The translations under genes and the position numbers were made by a program. Below are positions 20,147 to 29,326 of a stretch of 64,000 nt of DNA, piece after piece. How positions within the stretch are numbered: the first letter of the stretch is position 1; each line of letters starts with the position of its first letter. Below the pieces are notes generated by a model. It did not search any database. It was not told the origin of the DNA and was given only the letters and a program-made list of their open reading frames with translations. Where the stretch lies: assembly GCA_031425655.1 (NCBI GenBank), contig JANPJS010000045.1:1-64000 (forward strand), in the 5' to 3' direction. This DNA is from Abditibacteriaceae bacterium. GTDB taxonomy: Bacteria; Armatimonadota; Abditibacteriia; Abditibacteriales; Abditibacteriaceae.

Positions 20147-20219
20147 GAGCTTCCGGTCAGGAGAGAATTCGACAATTTGATTTTACAACTCCTACTTGGA
20201 ATCTGTGCCGCTAATCTAC

Positions 20220-20756
20220 TTATTTCAATTGCACATGAGTCTGTGCGATGATAGCCGCGAATTTGTATAGGGCATCCGGTCGTTTTTCTGCGGGAATATC
20301 TGAAAATTCGGGATGAGGTTCTGACGGCAATTCGCTTAAACCTTGGCGGAATTCTACGTTTTTGCGGCTTAACTCTTCTTCCACAGGGTCGTTGCAGGCA
20401 AGGATATAACGAACGGGCAACAAAACAATACCATGCTTATTTTTCCAGAAGCGAGGCTCCAGCGTAATGTTGGTGATCATTCCTGCCGCGTATTCCGCCC
20501 AGCTCCAAAGGTATTCAACCCCTTCGCCAATCCAATCTTGTTGCATAAACAACTCGAAGAATCGGATGAACTTATCGCCTTTGACTAAAAAATCGTCATT
20601 TTCTCGACAGTCAATTAAACCGCACGATGTTTCGAGTTTTTCTTCAATCAGCTTTGCTATTTCATAAAACAGAATGGCCCGTGACGGGGAGCAACTCATA
20701 ACGGGGTAATTGTGAACAGGCTCTGGTTCAGGCCATAAAGAGTAGATCATTCCCAT
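20220..20756 (-). CDS. Hypothetical protein (AT-richer than neighbours)
   Basis: 178-aa ORF filling the gap in a minus-strand gene run; no recognisable motif. Confidence 0.65.
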   Translation of the reverse strand: MGMIYSLWPEPEPVHNYPVMSCSPSRAILFYEIAKLIEEKLETSCGLIDCRENDDFLVKGDKFIRFFELFMQQDWIGEGVEYLWSWAEYAAGMITNITLEPRFWKNKHGIVLLPVRYILACNDPVEEELSRKNVEFRQGLSELPSEPHPEFSDIPAEKRPDALYKFAAIIAQTHVQLK

Positions 20757-20773
20757 AAGAATTCTGACTTGTC

Positions 20774-21499
20774 CTAATTAGTGCGCCGCACTTCGAGGGT
20801 GAAATCGGTGATATCGAGTTGGGCGCGCTGCTGTTCTGTGATGCTGCTGCCAAAAGGCGTAAAGGTGTCGCCGGTCGGTTCTCGCACCGTATCCGTATTG
20901 CGGATGGTGCGCGTGCCGGAAACATCGAAGGGAAACCATTGGCTGATGCCCGGCCCGAAGGCATCGAAGGGCTTGTTTTGCAGATTATTCGGGTCGCGGA
21001 TGATTTCCGAAGTGGTAACGAAATTCACGTCCAACTGCTGAAGCTGCACGAGCGGCACGAATAAACGCTGCGTTTGGTCGGCGTCTATTTTGGCATCGAG
21101 GTCAAGCGTGAATTGAATGGTATTGCCTGAACCAACCGGCACGCCGATGAAAGCGTTTGAGGCGCGTTCGAGTTGCTCTTGTCCGTTGCCCAAATCGGTG
21201 CGTTTGAAAGCGATGAACTGCCCGCCGCGATACTGCACCAAAACCGTGAATGCGCCGCCGACCACGCCATTTGTGGATTGCGTGGTGCCAATAATGGCAT
21301 CCGGCCCGTCGGCGGGATTGCCGTTGTCATCGAAGGCGAAGTCGTAAAAGAACAGCGGGTTGATGGCCTGCTGCAAAGTCAGATTGACCGTCAGGCGATT
21401 GGCGGCGATGGGCGTGACGCCACCCGCCGGGCCTTTAGCGCAACCCGCGAAACAAGCGCCCAATAATCCTAAAATCGGAAAAACAAGTATTTTTTTCAT
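20774..21499 (-). CDS. Hypothetical lipoprotein
   Basis: Lipobox-like 'FAGC' after a hydrophobic N-terminus. Confidence 0.75.
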   Translation of the reverse strand: MKKILVFPILGLLGACFAGCAKGPAGGVTPIAANRLTVNLTLQQAINPLFFYDFAFDDNGNPADGPDAIIGTTQSTNGVVGGAFTVLVQYRGGQFIAFKRTDLGNGQEQLERASNAFIGVPVGSGNTIQFTLDLDAKIDADQTQRLFVPLVQLQQLDVNFVTTSEIIRDPNNLQNKPFDAFGPGISQWFPFDVSGTRTIRNTDTVREPTGDTFTPFGSSITEQQRAQLDITDFTLEVRRTN

Positions 21500-21509
21500 G
21501 GCTAATGAC

Positions 21510-22283
21510 TCACAAATAAACTAAAACCGCCCACGCAACGTGAACTATGGCGTGAATGTAAAAGGCGGGCGCGAACGATTTTTCTTTCCAGCACAGCGCG
21601 CCTAAAATCGCGCCGCCGGCGAACGCGCTCAGCGTTTCGGCCAACGGCTTGCCGATGTGCGCTATTCCGAACAGAGCGGCCTGTAAAGCAATCGCAACAA
21701 CGGGGCCGAAGCCCTGCGCCATGCCGAACAGCAAAAAGCCGCGAAAGAAAAACTCCCAGCAGAACATATAAACGACGAGCGTGGCCAGCAAAATCGCCAT
21801 GTCGCCGGGGCCGGAAAGCTGTGGGAAGTAGCCGGTTTTGTAATCGGAAGCGGCTTGGATTCCTGCCGGCGTCAGGCGGAAAATTACCATGACGATCAGC
21901 ATTGCGCCTGCAAAACGCAGCGCCCATTTGCGATGCCGCCGCCAATCGCCAAACGACCAGCCGTAATTCCACGCGTTGGAACGCTGTTCTTTCAGCCAAT
22001 CGAGATGCACGATGCCCTGTCCGAAAAACAGCCAGATGATGCCGAGAGGCAGCACTAAATTCGCGGCGACGCTGATCTTAATCCAGCGCAGCCATTCATA
22101 AGTTGTCGAAATTTCCGCGTTATATTGCGCCCACGCCAGATAGCCGCCGCACAGCAGCGTTGCAACGGCGCGCAGGAAAAATCCGGCGCTCGTTTCGTCG
22201 TCTTCCCACGTCGGGCCGTCGCTCGGCTGATCGGGCGCGATTGGTTCTTCAGTCATTGGGGCGACGGATTCAGGAGCAGTCAT
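21510..22283 (-). CDS. CPBP (CAAX/Abi) family intramembrane metalloprotease
   Basis: 'WEFFFRG', 'LFGIAHIGKP', 'IHAIVH'; several TM helices; start placed at MTAPES. Confidence 0.88.
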   Translation of the reverse strand: MTAPESVAPMTEEPIAPDQPSDGPTWEDDETSAGFFLRAVATLLCGGYLAWAQYNAEISTTYEWLRWIKISVAANLVLPLGIIWLFFGQGIVHLDWLKEQRSNAWNYGWSFGDWRRHRKWALRFAGAMLIVMVIFRLTPAGIQAASDYKTGYFPQLSGPGDMAILLATLVVYMFCWEFFFRGFLLFGMAQGFGPVVAIALQAALFGIAHIGKPLAETLSAFAGGAILGALCWKEKSFAPAFYIHAIVHVAWAVLVYL

Positions 22284-22364
22284 GACGAAATAAAGCAGGT
22301 TCAGGGCGAAAAATGGCACGCTTCGCGCGCCGCGTTGGAGTGCGTTTCCACAGAGGCGCAGTGT

Positions 22365-22393
22365 TTGACAACACGAGTGCAGAGAAGTAAGAT
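22365..22393 (+). promoter_or_regulatory. Sigma70-type promoter upstream of the aminotransferase
   Basis: TTGACA-17 bp-TAAGAT. Confidence 0.7.
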
Positions 22394-22507
22394 TTTGCGC
22401 GGACAACGCGAATATTTTGCGTCCAAAAAACCACGATTCCACTTCTTTCGCATCGCCGCACAAAATACTAAAAACGCCCTTTTCCTTGCGGAAAATGCGA
22501 CCAAATT

Positions 22508-23698
22508 ATGCTTTCAGAACGCATCAATCGTATCCAGCCGTCGCCGACTCTGGCGATTTCGGCCAAAGCCAAAGCTATGCGCGCCGCCGGTGAAGACGTG
22601 ATCTCCTTCGACGTAGGCGAACCCGATTTCGACACGCCGCAGCACATCAAAGACGCTTGCATCGAAGCGCTGCGCAATGGCGACACGCGTTACACGGCAG
22701 CGGCGGGCACTCCGAAACTGCTCGAAGCCATTAGCCGCAAAATGCAGCGCGAAAGCCATTTGCGCTACGAGCCGGGCCAGATTGTCGTCTCGTGCGGCGG
22801 CAAGCACAGCCTTTACAACATTTTTCAAAGCATACTCAATCCCGGCGATGAGGTCATCATTCCCGCGCCGTATTGGGTGAGCTATCCCGATCAGGTTTTG
22901 CTTGCCGACGGCGTGCCCGTTATTCTGCACGCCGGGCAGGAGCAGGGCTTTAAAATCACCGCGCAGCAGCTTGACGACTGCCTCAAACAGCATCCGCGCG
23001 TCAAAGCCTTCATCATCAACTCGCCCAGCAACCCGACCGGCGCCGTTTATTCGCCCGAAGCCTTACGCGAATTGTGCGCTGTTCTGGAAAATTATCCCGA
23101 CGTTTTGGTGATTTCCGATGAGGTTTACGAGCACATGGTTTACGCGCCGCATGAAATGTGGAGCGTGGCGCGCTACAACGAAGATTTCCAAAAGCGCACC
23201 GTAATCGTGCAATCCTGCTCGAAATCGTATGCCATGACCGGCTGGCGCATCGGCTGGACGTGTTCATCGCCGGAATTGGCAAAAGCGATGGGCAAATTGC
23301 AAAGCCAGTCCACTTCTAACCCGACCAGTTTTGCGATGGCCGGCGCCGTTGCTGCGGTTGATAACCCCGTTGATTCCGCGATGATGGCCGAATTTGAAAA
23401 GCGCGGCAAAGTCATCCGCGAATTGCTCAAAGACGTGCCCGGTTTCAAGTGCGCCAAGCCCGAAGGCGCTTTCTACGCATTCCCGAAGGTGGACGGCATT
23501 TTCGGCGTGATGGTGGAAAAGGACACGCAAATCAACAGCGCGCAAATCCTCGCCGATTATTTGCTGCGCGTTGCCAAAGTGGCGGTCGTGCCGGGCGAAG
23601 GCTTCGGAGCGCCGCAGCATATTCGCTTCAGCTACGCCAATTCGATGGAAAATATCAAGGAAGGCATCAACCGCATTTTGCGCGTTCTGCCGGAGTAG
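22508..23698 (+). CDS. aspC: PLP-dependent aspartate aminotransferase (class I/II)
   Basis: 'GEPDFDTP', 'NSPSNPTG', 'SDEVY', 'SKSYAMTGWRIG'. Confidence 0.9.
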   Translation: MLSERINRIQPSPTLAISAKAKAMRAAGEDVISFDVGEPDFDTPQHIKDACIEALRNGDTRYTAAAGTPKLLEAISRKMQRESHLRYEPGQIVVSCGGKHSLYNIFQSILNPGDEVIIPAPYWVSYPDQVLLADGVPVILHAGQEQGFKITAQQLDDCLKQHPRVKAFIINSPSNPTGAVYSPEALRELCAVLENYPDVLVISDEVYEHMVYAPHEMWSVARYNEDFQKRTVIVQSCSKSYAMTGWRIGWTCSSPELAKAMGKLQSQSTSNPTSFAMAGAVAAVDNPVDSAMMAEFEKRGKVIRELLKDVPGFKCAKPEGAFYAFPKVDGIFGVMVEKDTQINSAQILADYLLRVAKVAVVPGEGFGAPQHIRFSYANSMENIKEGINRILRVLPE

Positions 23699-23779
23699 GT
23701 TTTAGGTGTTGGGGGCTGGGTTCTGGAAGCATTCCAACCCCGCCCCAGAACCCAGAACCCAGAACCTAAAACCTAAAAC
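23696..23779. repeat. Heptamer tandem repeats in inverted arrangement
   Basis: TAGGTTTTAGG..CTGGGTTCTGG versus CCAGAAC x3 and CTAAAAC x2. Confidence 0.7.
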
Positions 23780-23789
23780 CGAGGAAACA

Positions 23790-24938
23790 ATGGCCGATAA
23801 AATAGACAAAAAACCGTCGGGGCTGGAAGATGTCGTCGTTTGCGAGCAGGACATTTGCTATATTGACGGCAAACGCGGCCAACTCGTCTATCACGGCTAC
23901 GATATTGACGACTTGTGCGATCACTCCACCTTCGAGGAAGTCGCGTATTTGCTGTGGAACGGCAAACTGCCCAACCAAGCCGAGCTAACGGCGTTTCACG
24001 ATTCGCTTTTCGACGCCATGACGGTGCCGGACGCGGTTTTCGACGTGATGCGCCTTCTGCCCAAAAACACCGACGCCATGCGCGTTCTGGCAACGGCGGT
24101 TTCGGTTTTGGGCACTTTCGACCCGCAGGCCGACGATATGTCGCCCGAAGCCAATCGCGCCAAATCGCTGCGCTTGACGGCGCAAATGCCGATGCTCACG
24201 ACGGCTTGGTATCACATCAGTCAAGGCCGAGAGCCGCAGCCTGTCACTAATCCGGCGCGCGGAATCGCTTATAACTTCCTCAGAACCCTGACCGGCGAAG
24301 AGCCGGACAATTACACGGTTCGCACTTTCGACGTGGCTTTAATCCTTCACGCCGACCACGAACTTAACGCCAGCACCTTTTCGGGCCGCGTCACAGCGGG
24401 CACGCTCAGTGACTTGCATTCGGCGGTCGTGGCGGCAATTAACACGCTGAAAGGGCCGCTTCACGGCGGCGCCAACGAAGCCGTGATGAAAATGCTGCGC
24501 GACATCGGCGAAGTGGACAAAGCTGAAGCCTATGTGCAAAACATGGTTGCCAACAAGCAAAAAGTAATGGGCTTCGGGCACCGCGTTTACAAAGCTAAAG
24601 ACCCGCGCGCCGTGATTTTGGAAGAAATGAGCGAAGAATTGTCCAAGCGCACCGGCGACACCAAATGGTTCGACATGAGCCGCAAAGTTGAAGCGACTTT
24701 TCAGCCTTACGTCGCGGCCAAAGGCATTTATCCAAACGTGGATTTTTACTCGGCTTCGACTTATCACATGATGGGCATTCCCGACGACATTTTTACGCCG
24801 ATTTTCGCCTGCTCGCGCGTGATTGGCTGGACGGCGCACATCATGCAGCAGTATCAAAACAACCGCATTTTTCGCCCCAGTTCCGATTACGATGGCCCGC
24901 AAAACCTCAAATGGTCGCCGATTGAACAGCGCAGTTGA
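23790..24938 (+). CDS. Citrate synthase (type I-like)
   Basis: GAGG RBS; 'HADHELNASTF', 'GPLHGGAN', 'GFGHRVY', 'PNVDFYS'. Confidence 0.93.
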   Translation: MADKIDKKPSGLEDVVVCEQDICYIDGKRGQLVYHGYDIDDLCDHSTFEEVAYLLWNGKLPNQAELTAFHDSLFDAMTVPDAVFDVMRLLPKNTDAMRVLATAVSVLGTFDPQADDMSPEANRAKSLRLTAQMPMLTTAWYHISQGREPQPVTNPARGIAYNFLRTLTGEEPDNYTVRTFDVALILHADHELNASTFSGRVTAGTLSDLHSAVVAAINTLKGPLHGGANEAVMKMLRDIGEVDKAEAYVQNMVANKQKVMGFGHRVYKAKDPRAVILEEMSEELSKRTGDTKWFDMSRKVEATFQPYVAAKGIYPNVDFYSASTYHMMGIPDDIFTPIFACSRVIGWTAHIMQQYQNNRIFRPSSDYDGPQNLKWSPIEQRS

Positions 24939-24958
24939 GTGAGGAGATGGGGAGCAAG

Positions 24959-24997
24959 AAACGCGGCGCCTAATTTTTAGGTGCCGCGTTTTGTTTT
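24959..24997. terminator. Intrinsic terminator
   Basis: AAACGCGGCGCCTAA-t-TTTTAGGTGCCGCGTTTT. Confidence 0.8.
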
Positions 24998-25084
24998 CAA
25001 TCTCTCCCAGGCACTTTTCGCATTCTCAATGCTTGTTATTGGCATCTACCAGTCAAAATTGATTGCGAGGAAGCGATGCGAGTT

Positions 25085-26221
25085 TTAGGTCGGAATGTTT
25101 AATGCGCGCAATTCGCGCCTAATTTTCTCTCCGGCGCTCTCAATGCCATTCGATATGTCTATGTATTCGACTCCACTTATATCTGACGGTATTTCAAGTG
25201 GCCCTTTATGAAGCAAAAGTATTCTGCCGCTTTCCCGCTTCAGCACACCGAGAAAGAATCCCATCTCAAAAATGACATTCTGACGTGCCCGGCGCTTTTC
25301 GTCGTTAGAGTCGTTGGGAGAGGTTGCATTATCGTCTGGCGTTAGCAAAACGAATACTACCTCTATGCCTTGAGCATGGTGTTCAAACTTCTCAATTATT
25401 GTTCGGCCAAGACCTGCCTGCTCGCGTAAAATCGTAGGTTCGCCGAGCTTTAAAGTGTTTTGAATGTAATTTTTTAAGTTGAGTAAAGCTACTTCATCGT
25501 GGCCGTGGACAATGAATACGTTGACTTCTCGATCTGAGGGTTGATTAGTTTGATTTACACTCGTCATGTCCGCTCCCAGCCTTCTTAACAGATTTTGGAT
25601 TTGAATGGCTCTCGCTTCGTGTTCTGGATTATACACCTGTGGCAGGGCGGTAAGCTCCAACTCCCTTTTTGCTTTAATGATAGCCTGCTTTCTTCGATTG
25701 AGATCGTCCGCCATCGCGACGGCTAAATCTTTGTTGAAATCAACAAGTTTTTTAGTGAGTTCGTCTGCAAATTGTTCGATCAAGCCGGTTCGATAGTCCA
25801 GTTTCCGTTTTAAGGCGCCTTCTTCGTCATCTGGAGAGGCGCTAACTCTTATTTCGATACGATGACGTTCTTTATCTAAGAATGCCAAGGGAACGTTATG
25901 GATATTTTGATCGCTTATTTCATCCAGCCATTCAGCATCGCGTTCAATCGGAATAAAGAAAGGGTGGTAGGTAATTCCGGTTTTACGAAAGAAGGTATGG
26001 TCTACCGCCTCTAGGATTTCTTCATCCGCTTCCATCAAATCGAACCGAAGGATGGGCGGCGATACAGCATAATATCTGGTAAAGACAACCAATGTTCCGG
26101 TATCGCAGCGTAAAATATCCTCTTTAGAGAGTTCGTTGATGAACCTTAAGGCTTTTTCCCGACGCTCAATTAATTTTCTTTCCAGATAGCTGTAAGTGAA
26201 GGTAACTTCTTCATTGTTCAT
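25085..26221 (-). CDS. Protein with C-terminal CAP12/Pycsar-type TIR-like nucleotide-binding domain
   Basis: 'VFIVHGHD', 'TIIEKFE', 'LLTPDD', 'RARQNVIFEMGFF.G', 'PSDI.G'; AT-richer than flanks. Confidence 0.85.
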   Translation of the reverse strand: MNNEEVTFTYSYLERKLIERREKALRFINELSKEDILRCDTGTLVVFTRYYAVSPPILRFDLMEADEEILEAVDHTFFRKTGITYHPFFIPIERDAEWLDEISDQNIHNVPLAFLDKERHRIEIRVSASPDDEEGALKRKLDYRTGLIEQFADELTKKLVDFNKDLAVAMADDLNRRKQAIIKAKRELELTALPQVYNPEHEARAIQIQNLLRRLGADMTSVNQTNQPSDREVNVFIVHGHDEVALLNLKNYIQNTLKLGEPTILREQAGLGRTIIEKFEHHAQGIEVVFVLLTPDDNATSPNDSNDEKRRARQNVIFEMGFFLGVLKRESGRILLLHKGPLEIPSDISGVEYIDISNGIESAGEKIRRELRALNIPT

Positions 26222-26408
26222 GGTTGAATTAGTGCTGTAACCGGCATTCGGCGTGCCCCTTGCTAAACAAGGTTTCTCTTATCTGATTTCTCAAATTGAG
26301 AGTATCACAACTCAAAACCTAACTTTCAAACGCTCGGCGCGTAGGTTGGCTTCAAGCAGCGAATTTGTAAAATAGAAGGGCACGTCGCGCGGCGTGCCCT
26401 TCTATTTT

Positions 26409-27371
26409 ATGCCCCTGCTTTCGCTCGAAAACCTGCACATTCGCTTTGGCGCCACGACGGTCGTGGACGGCGTGGATTTATCTATCGAACCGGGCGAAAC
26501 ACTGGCTTTAGTCGGCGAAAGCGGCTGCGGTAAAAGCGTGACGGCACTGGCAATTTTGCGGCTTTTGCCGCCGCCCGGCGCGGTTTCCGGTTCAATTCGC
26601 TTTGAAAACGCCGACCTGACTTCGCACAGCGAAGCGCAACTCGACGATTTACGCGGCGGCGCCATCAGCGTGATTTGGCAAGACCCGTTGGCGGCTTTGA
26701 ATCCGCTTTTGCCGGTCGGCGTGCCGATTATCGAAGCCCTTGTGCGCCACAAGAAACTCGATAAAAAAGCGGCGCGCCTGCAAGCCATCGAAGTGCTGCA
26801 CCGCGTCGGCATTCCCCAGCCGGAAAAGCGTTTGGACGATTATCCGCATCAAATGTCGGGCGGTCAGCGCCAGCGCGTAATGATCGCCGCCGCTATCGCC
26901 TGCGGCCCCAAATTGCTCATCGCCGACGAGCCGACAACCGCCTTAGACGTTTCGGTTCAAGCGCAAATTCTCGAATTGTTAAAAGAGCTTTCGCGCGAAT
27001 TAGGCACGGCGCTGTTGCTTATCACGCACGATTTGGGCGTTGTGGCGCAATTGGCACAGTGCGTGGCCGTGATGTATGCCGGGCAAATCGTCGAAACGGG
27101 TAGCGTGGCAGAGATTTTCGCGCGCCCTCAGCATCCTTATACGCAGGGACTTTTGCTCGCCACGCCGCGCCTTGACAGCGATGCCATGCCATTGCCGATT
27201 CCCGGAACCGTCCCCGCTCCGGGCCGCTGGCCGCAGGGCTGCCGCTTCAAAGCGCGCTGCCCGTTGGCGCAAGAAATATGCAACGAAATGCCACCGCTCG
27301 AATCGCACAACGACGCGCAGCCGGCGCGTTGCTGGTTCGCCGGACAAAAAGCGTGGCCAATCGGGAAATAG
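26409..27371 (+). CDS. Oligopeptide/dipeptide ABC transporter ATP-binding protein
   Basis: 'GESGCGKS', 'YPHQMSGGQRQR', 'IADEPTTALD', C-terminal 'GCRF..RC' domain. Confidence 0.92.
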   Translation: MPLLSLENLHIRFGATTVVDGVDLSIEPGETLALVGESGCGKSVTALAILRLLPPPGAVSGSIRFENADLTSHSEAQLDDLRGGAISVIWQDPLAALNPLLPVGVPIIEALVRHKKLDKKAARLQAIEVLHRVGIPQPEKRLDDYPHQMSGGQRQRVMIAAAIACGPKLLIADEPTTALDVSVQAQILELLKELSRELGTALLLITHDLGVVAQLAQCVAVMYAGQIVETGSVAEIFARPQHPYTQGLLLATPRLDSDAMPLPIPGTVPAPGRWPQGCRFKARCPLAQEICNEMPPLESHNDAQPARCWFAGQKAWPIGK

Positions 27372-27521
27372 CACTTTCAATGGAACACGGGCCTACGGCA
27401 TCCTGTCCAGAGGGCGCCCGAAACGACACAGATTCATCCGCCCAAAGGGCACCCGATTTTTTGGATTGATCTGCGGAAATCCCTGTGCATCCGCGAAATC
27501 CGTGTTCTATTGAAAGTGCTA
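27369..27521. mobile_element. MITE/REPIN-like element, family A copy 3
   Basis: TAGCACTTTCAATGGAACACGG...CCGTGTTCTATTGAAAGTGCTA; the arms include the stop codons of both convergent flanking genes. Confidence 0.85.
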
Positions 27522-27815
27522 TTTCGGCCACAGCGGATGCAAAATGAGAAACAGCGAAACAACGCTGACCATTGACCACAACGCGGCGATGAGCAGCGGC
27601 TTTTTCAAAATGCAGCGCGTGTCGTTTTTGCCCGCGCGATAAGCCAGAATGTAGAAAATTGCCGTCGCACCGGCGGCGACCGGCAAAGCGAAACGGCCCG
27701 TTAGCAAAATCAACGTCGCGGCCTTGCAAAAGGTGAACGCAATGCCTTCGTAAACTTCGCCCGGCGTTTTAGTGCGCGTTTTGATTTCGTCGGTTGGAAT
27801 TGCTTCGTGCATCAT
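27519..27815 (-). CDS. Small membrane protein
   Basis: Hydrophobic 98-aa ORF at the end of an operon. Confidence 0.7.
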   Translation of the reverse strand: MMHEAIPTDEIKTRTKTPGEVYEGIAFTFCKAATLILLTGRFALPVAAGATAIFYILAYRAGKNDTRCILKKPLLIAALWSMVSVVSLFLILHPLWPK

Positions 27816-28142
27816 TTAGTCTCGTTTCGTCAGACGCATCAAAACGCGCCAACACGCAAAGGCGGCGGCTAAAAGAACGGCGCCGACCATGATTAAAATG
27901 GGCCGCAGTTCAGGGTATTCTCTGATGCCGTTAATGCCGGTTATCGTCGTGCAGGCGCCGAATGCGCCGAATCCCAAAGCGAGCAACGCCAGAACTACGA
28001 TGCCCGCAAGCCGCGCCGCTTTGAACGGTTTCATCTCAATGCGAGCGCCGCACGCCGGGCAAAGCGGCACTAATTCAGGCAGGGCCATGCCGCAGTTGGG
28101 ACAGGAATAAGGTTCAATCGGCGGAATCGGCGGCGCGCTCAT
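27816..28142 (-). CDS. Zinc-ribbon membrane protein
   Basis: 'CPNCG...CPACG' plus two TM helices. Confidence 0.75.
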   Translation of the reverse strand: MSAPPIPPIEPYSCPNCGMALPELVPLCPACGARIEMKPFKAARLAGIVVLALLALGFGAFGACTTITGINGIREYPELRPILIMVGAVLLAAAFACWRVLMRLTKRD

Positions 28143-28146
28143 GGTT

Positions 28147-28488
28147 TCACTTTCTCTTCAATTTAGCGATACCGATGGCGCACAGCACGGCGGTGGCGCA
28201 TAAAGCAAGGCCAACGGCGCCAAAGACCAGCGCACCGACATAATTATTGATAGTGCCGTCGAAAAACGCACTAATGGGCGCTGTCACGAAGCAGGCTCCC
28301 AAAAGACCCGTCGGCACCATAAAAAGCGCGAGGACGCTCATCATTAAACAGTTCAACCATTGCGGTTTGCGCTGCGCGTTATCGGTGTGCGCGCCACACG
28401 CCGGGCAAAATTCGACGATTTCGGGCAGCGGCAGACCGCAATTCGGACAGCTATACGGTTCAAAAGAGGGAATTGGCGGCGCGTTCAT
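28147..28488 (-). CDS. Zinc-ribbon membrane protein (paralog of 27816-28142)
   Basis: 'MNAPPIPSFEPYSCPNCG...CPACG' plus two TM helices; start overlaps the stop of the Lgt-like gene. Confidence 0.75.
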   Translation of the reverse strand: MNAPPIPSFEPYSCPNCGLPLPEIVEFCPACGAHTDNAQRKPQWLNCLMMSVLALFMVPTGLLGACFVTAPISAFFDGTINNYVGALVFGAVGLALCATAVLCAIGIAKLKRK

Positions 28489-29192
28489 AATGATGCTCTG
28501 AGTTGTGACTTGCGGCTTTGGCGAGTCAAATAACCATGCCAAATCACGATAATGGCCGCAATTTCCAGGCAAATAAGCTGCGCAAGCGAAAGCGGGCCGA
28601 TAATCGCCGGGCTTTCGCGGAAAAACTCCAAGACGAAGCGACCAAATGTGAAAAGCAGCAGATAAAGTCGAAATAAATCGCCTTCGCGCCGCGTTTTTGC
28701 GCGCAAATTCCACAAAATAACGAAAATCGTCGCGGCAATCAGCGTGGCATAAAGCTGCGCCGGATGTCGCCACGCGCCGTGCTGAAAAATCGCCCACGGC
28801 AGATGCGCCGCATCGCAGCGCGTGCCGAAACAGCAGCCATTGAAATAACAACCGATGCGTCCGATGGCTTCGCCTGTCGGTAAGGCCAGCGCCCACAAAT
28901 CGCCCGTCGAACGCCGAATGCCCAGCCGCTTTTTAGCGATTTCCACAAACAGCCAGCCGCCGAGCAAACCTCCGATTAAAGCGCGTCCGCCGGGCGCGGT
29001 CAATGATGCCGCGTCAGCGCCGGGCGTGGAAAGCCAAGCCGCGATGCGCGCTCCTAAAACTCCGCCGACCACGCCCCAGAACGCCACCAGTTTCATGCCT
29101 TCGGTGGATAAACGACGTTCGCGTGCTGCGATGAAAAAGACGGTTGCGCCCGCAACGTAAGCTAAAAAAGTGAAAAATTCGCCAAGTGTCAT
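28485..29192 (-). CDS. Prolipoprotein diacylglyceryl transferase (Lgt)-like membrane protein
   Basis: 'GAR', 'IGRIGCYFNGCCFG', 'HPAQLY', 'RFVLEFFR'. Confidence 0.85.
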   Translation of the reverse strand: MTLGEFFTFLAYVAGATVFFIAARERRLSTEGMKLVAFWGVVGGVLGARIAAWLSTPGADAASLTAPGGRALIGGLLGGWLFVEIAKKRLGIRRSTGDLWALALPTGEAIGRIGCYFNGCCFGTRCDAAHLPWAIFQHGAWRHPAQLYATLIAATIFVILWNLRAKTRREGDLFRLYLLLFTFGRFVLEFFRESPAIIGPLSLAQLICLEIAAIIVIWHGYLTRQSRKSQLRASL

Positions 29193-29199
29193 AAAAATG

Positions 29200-29324
29200 A
29201 ACCACAGAGGGCACAGAGAACACAGAGAAATTTGAGAACAGTCAAGCTAAAGGCTTTTTCGTGTTGCTTCATTGCTCAGTTCTCAACTCTTGAAACCTCT
29301 GTGTTCACTGTGCCCTCTGTGGTT
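29200..29324. mobile_element. Gene-less inverted-repeat element with three 9-bp units per arm
   Basis: AACCACAGAGGGCACAGAGAACACAGAG...CTCTGTGTTCACTGTGCCCTCTGTGGTT. Confidence 0.85.
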
Positions 29325-29326
29325 TA

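Noticed and set aside
23706..23789. Citrate synthase N-terminal extension (PAPEPRTQNLKPKT)
   Set aside because: Translation of heptamer repeats; an RBS supports the start at 23790
28489..28896. Long version of the Zn-ribbon ORF (249 aa)
   Set aside because: Overlaps the Lgt-like gene; paralog alignment places the start at 28488
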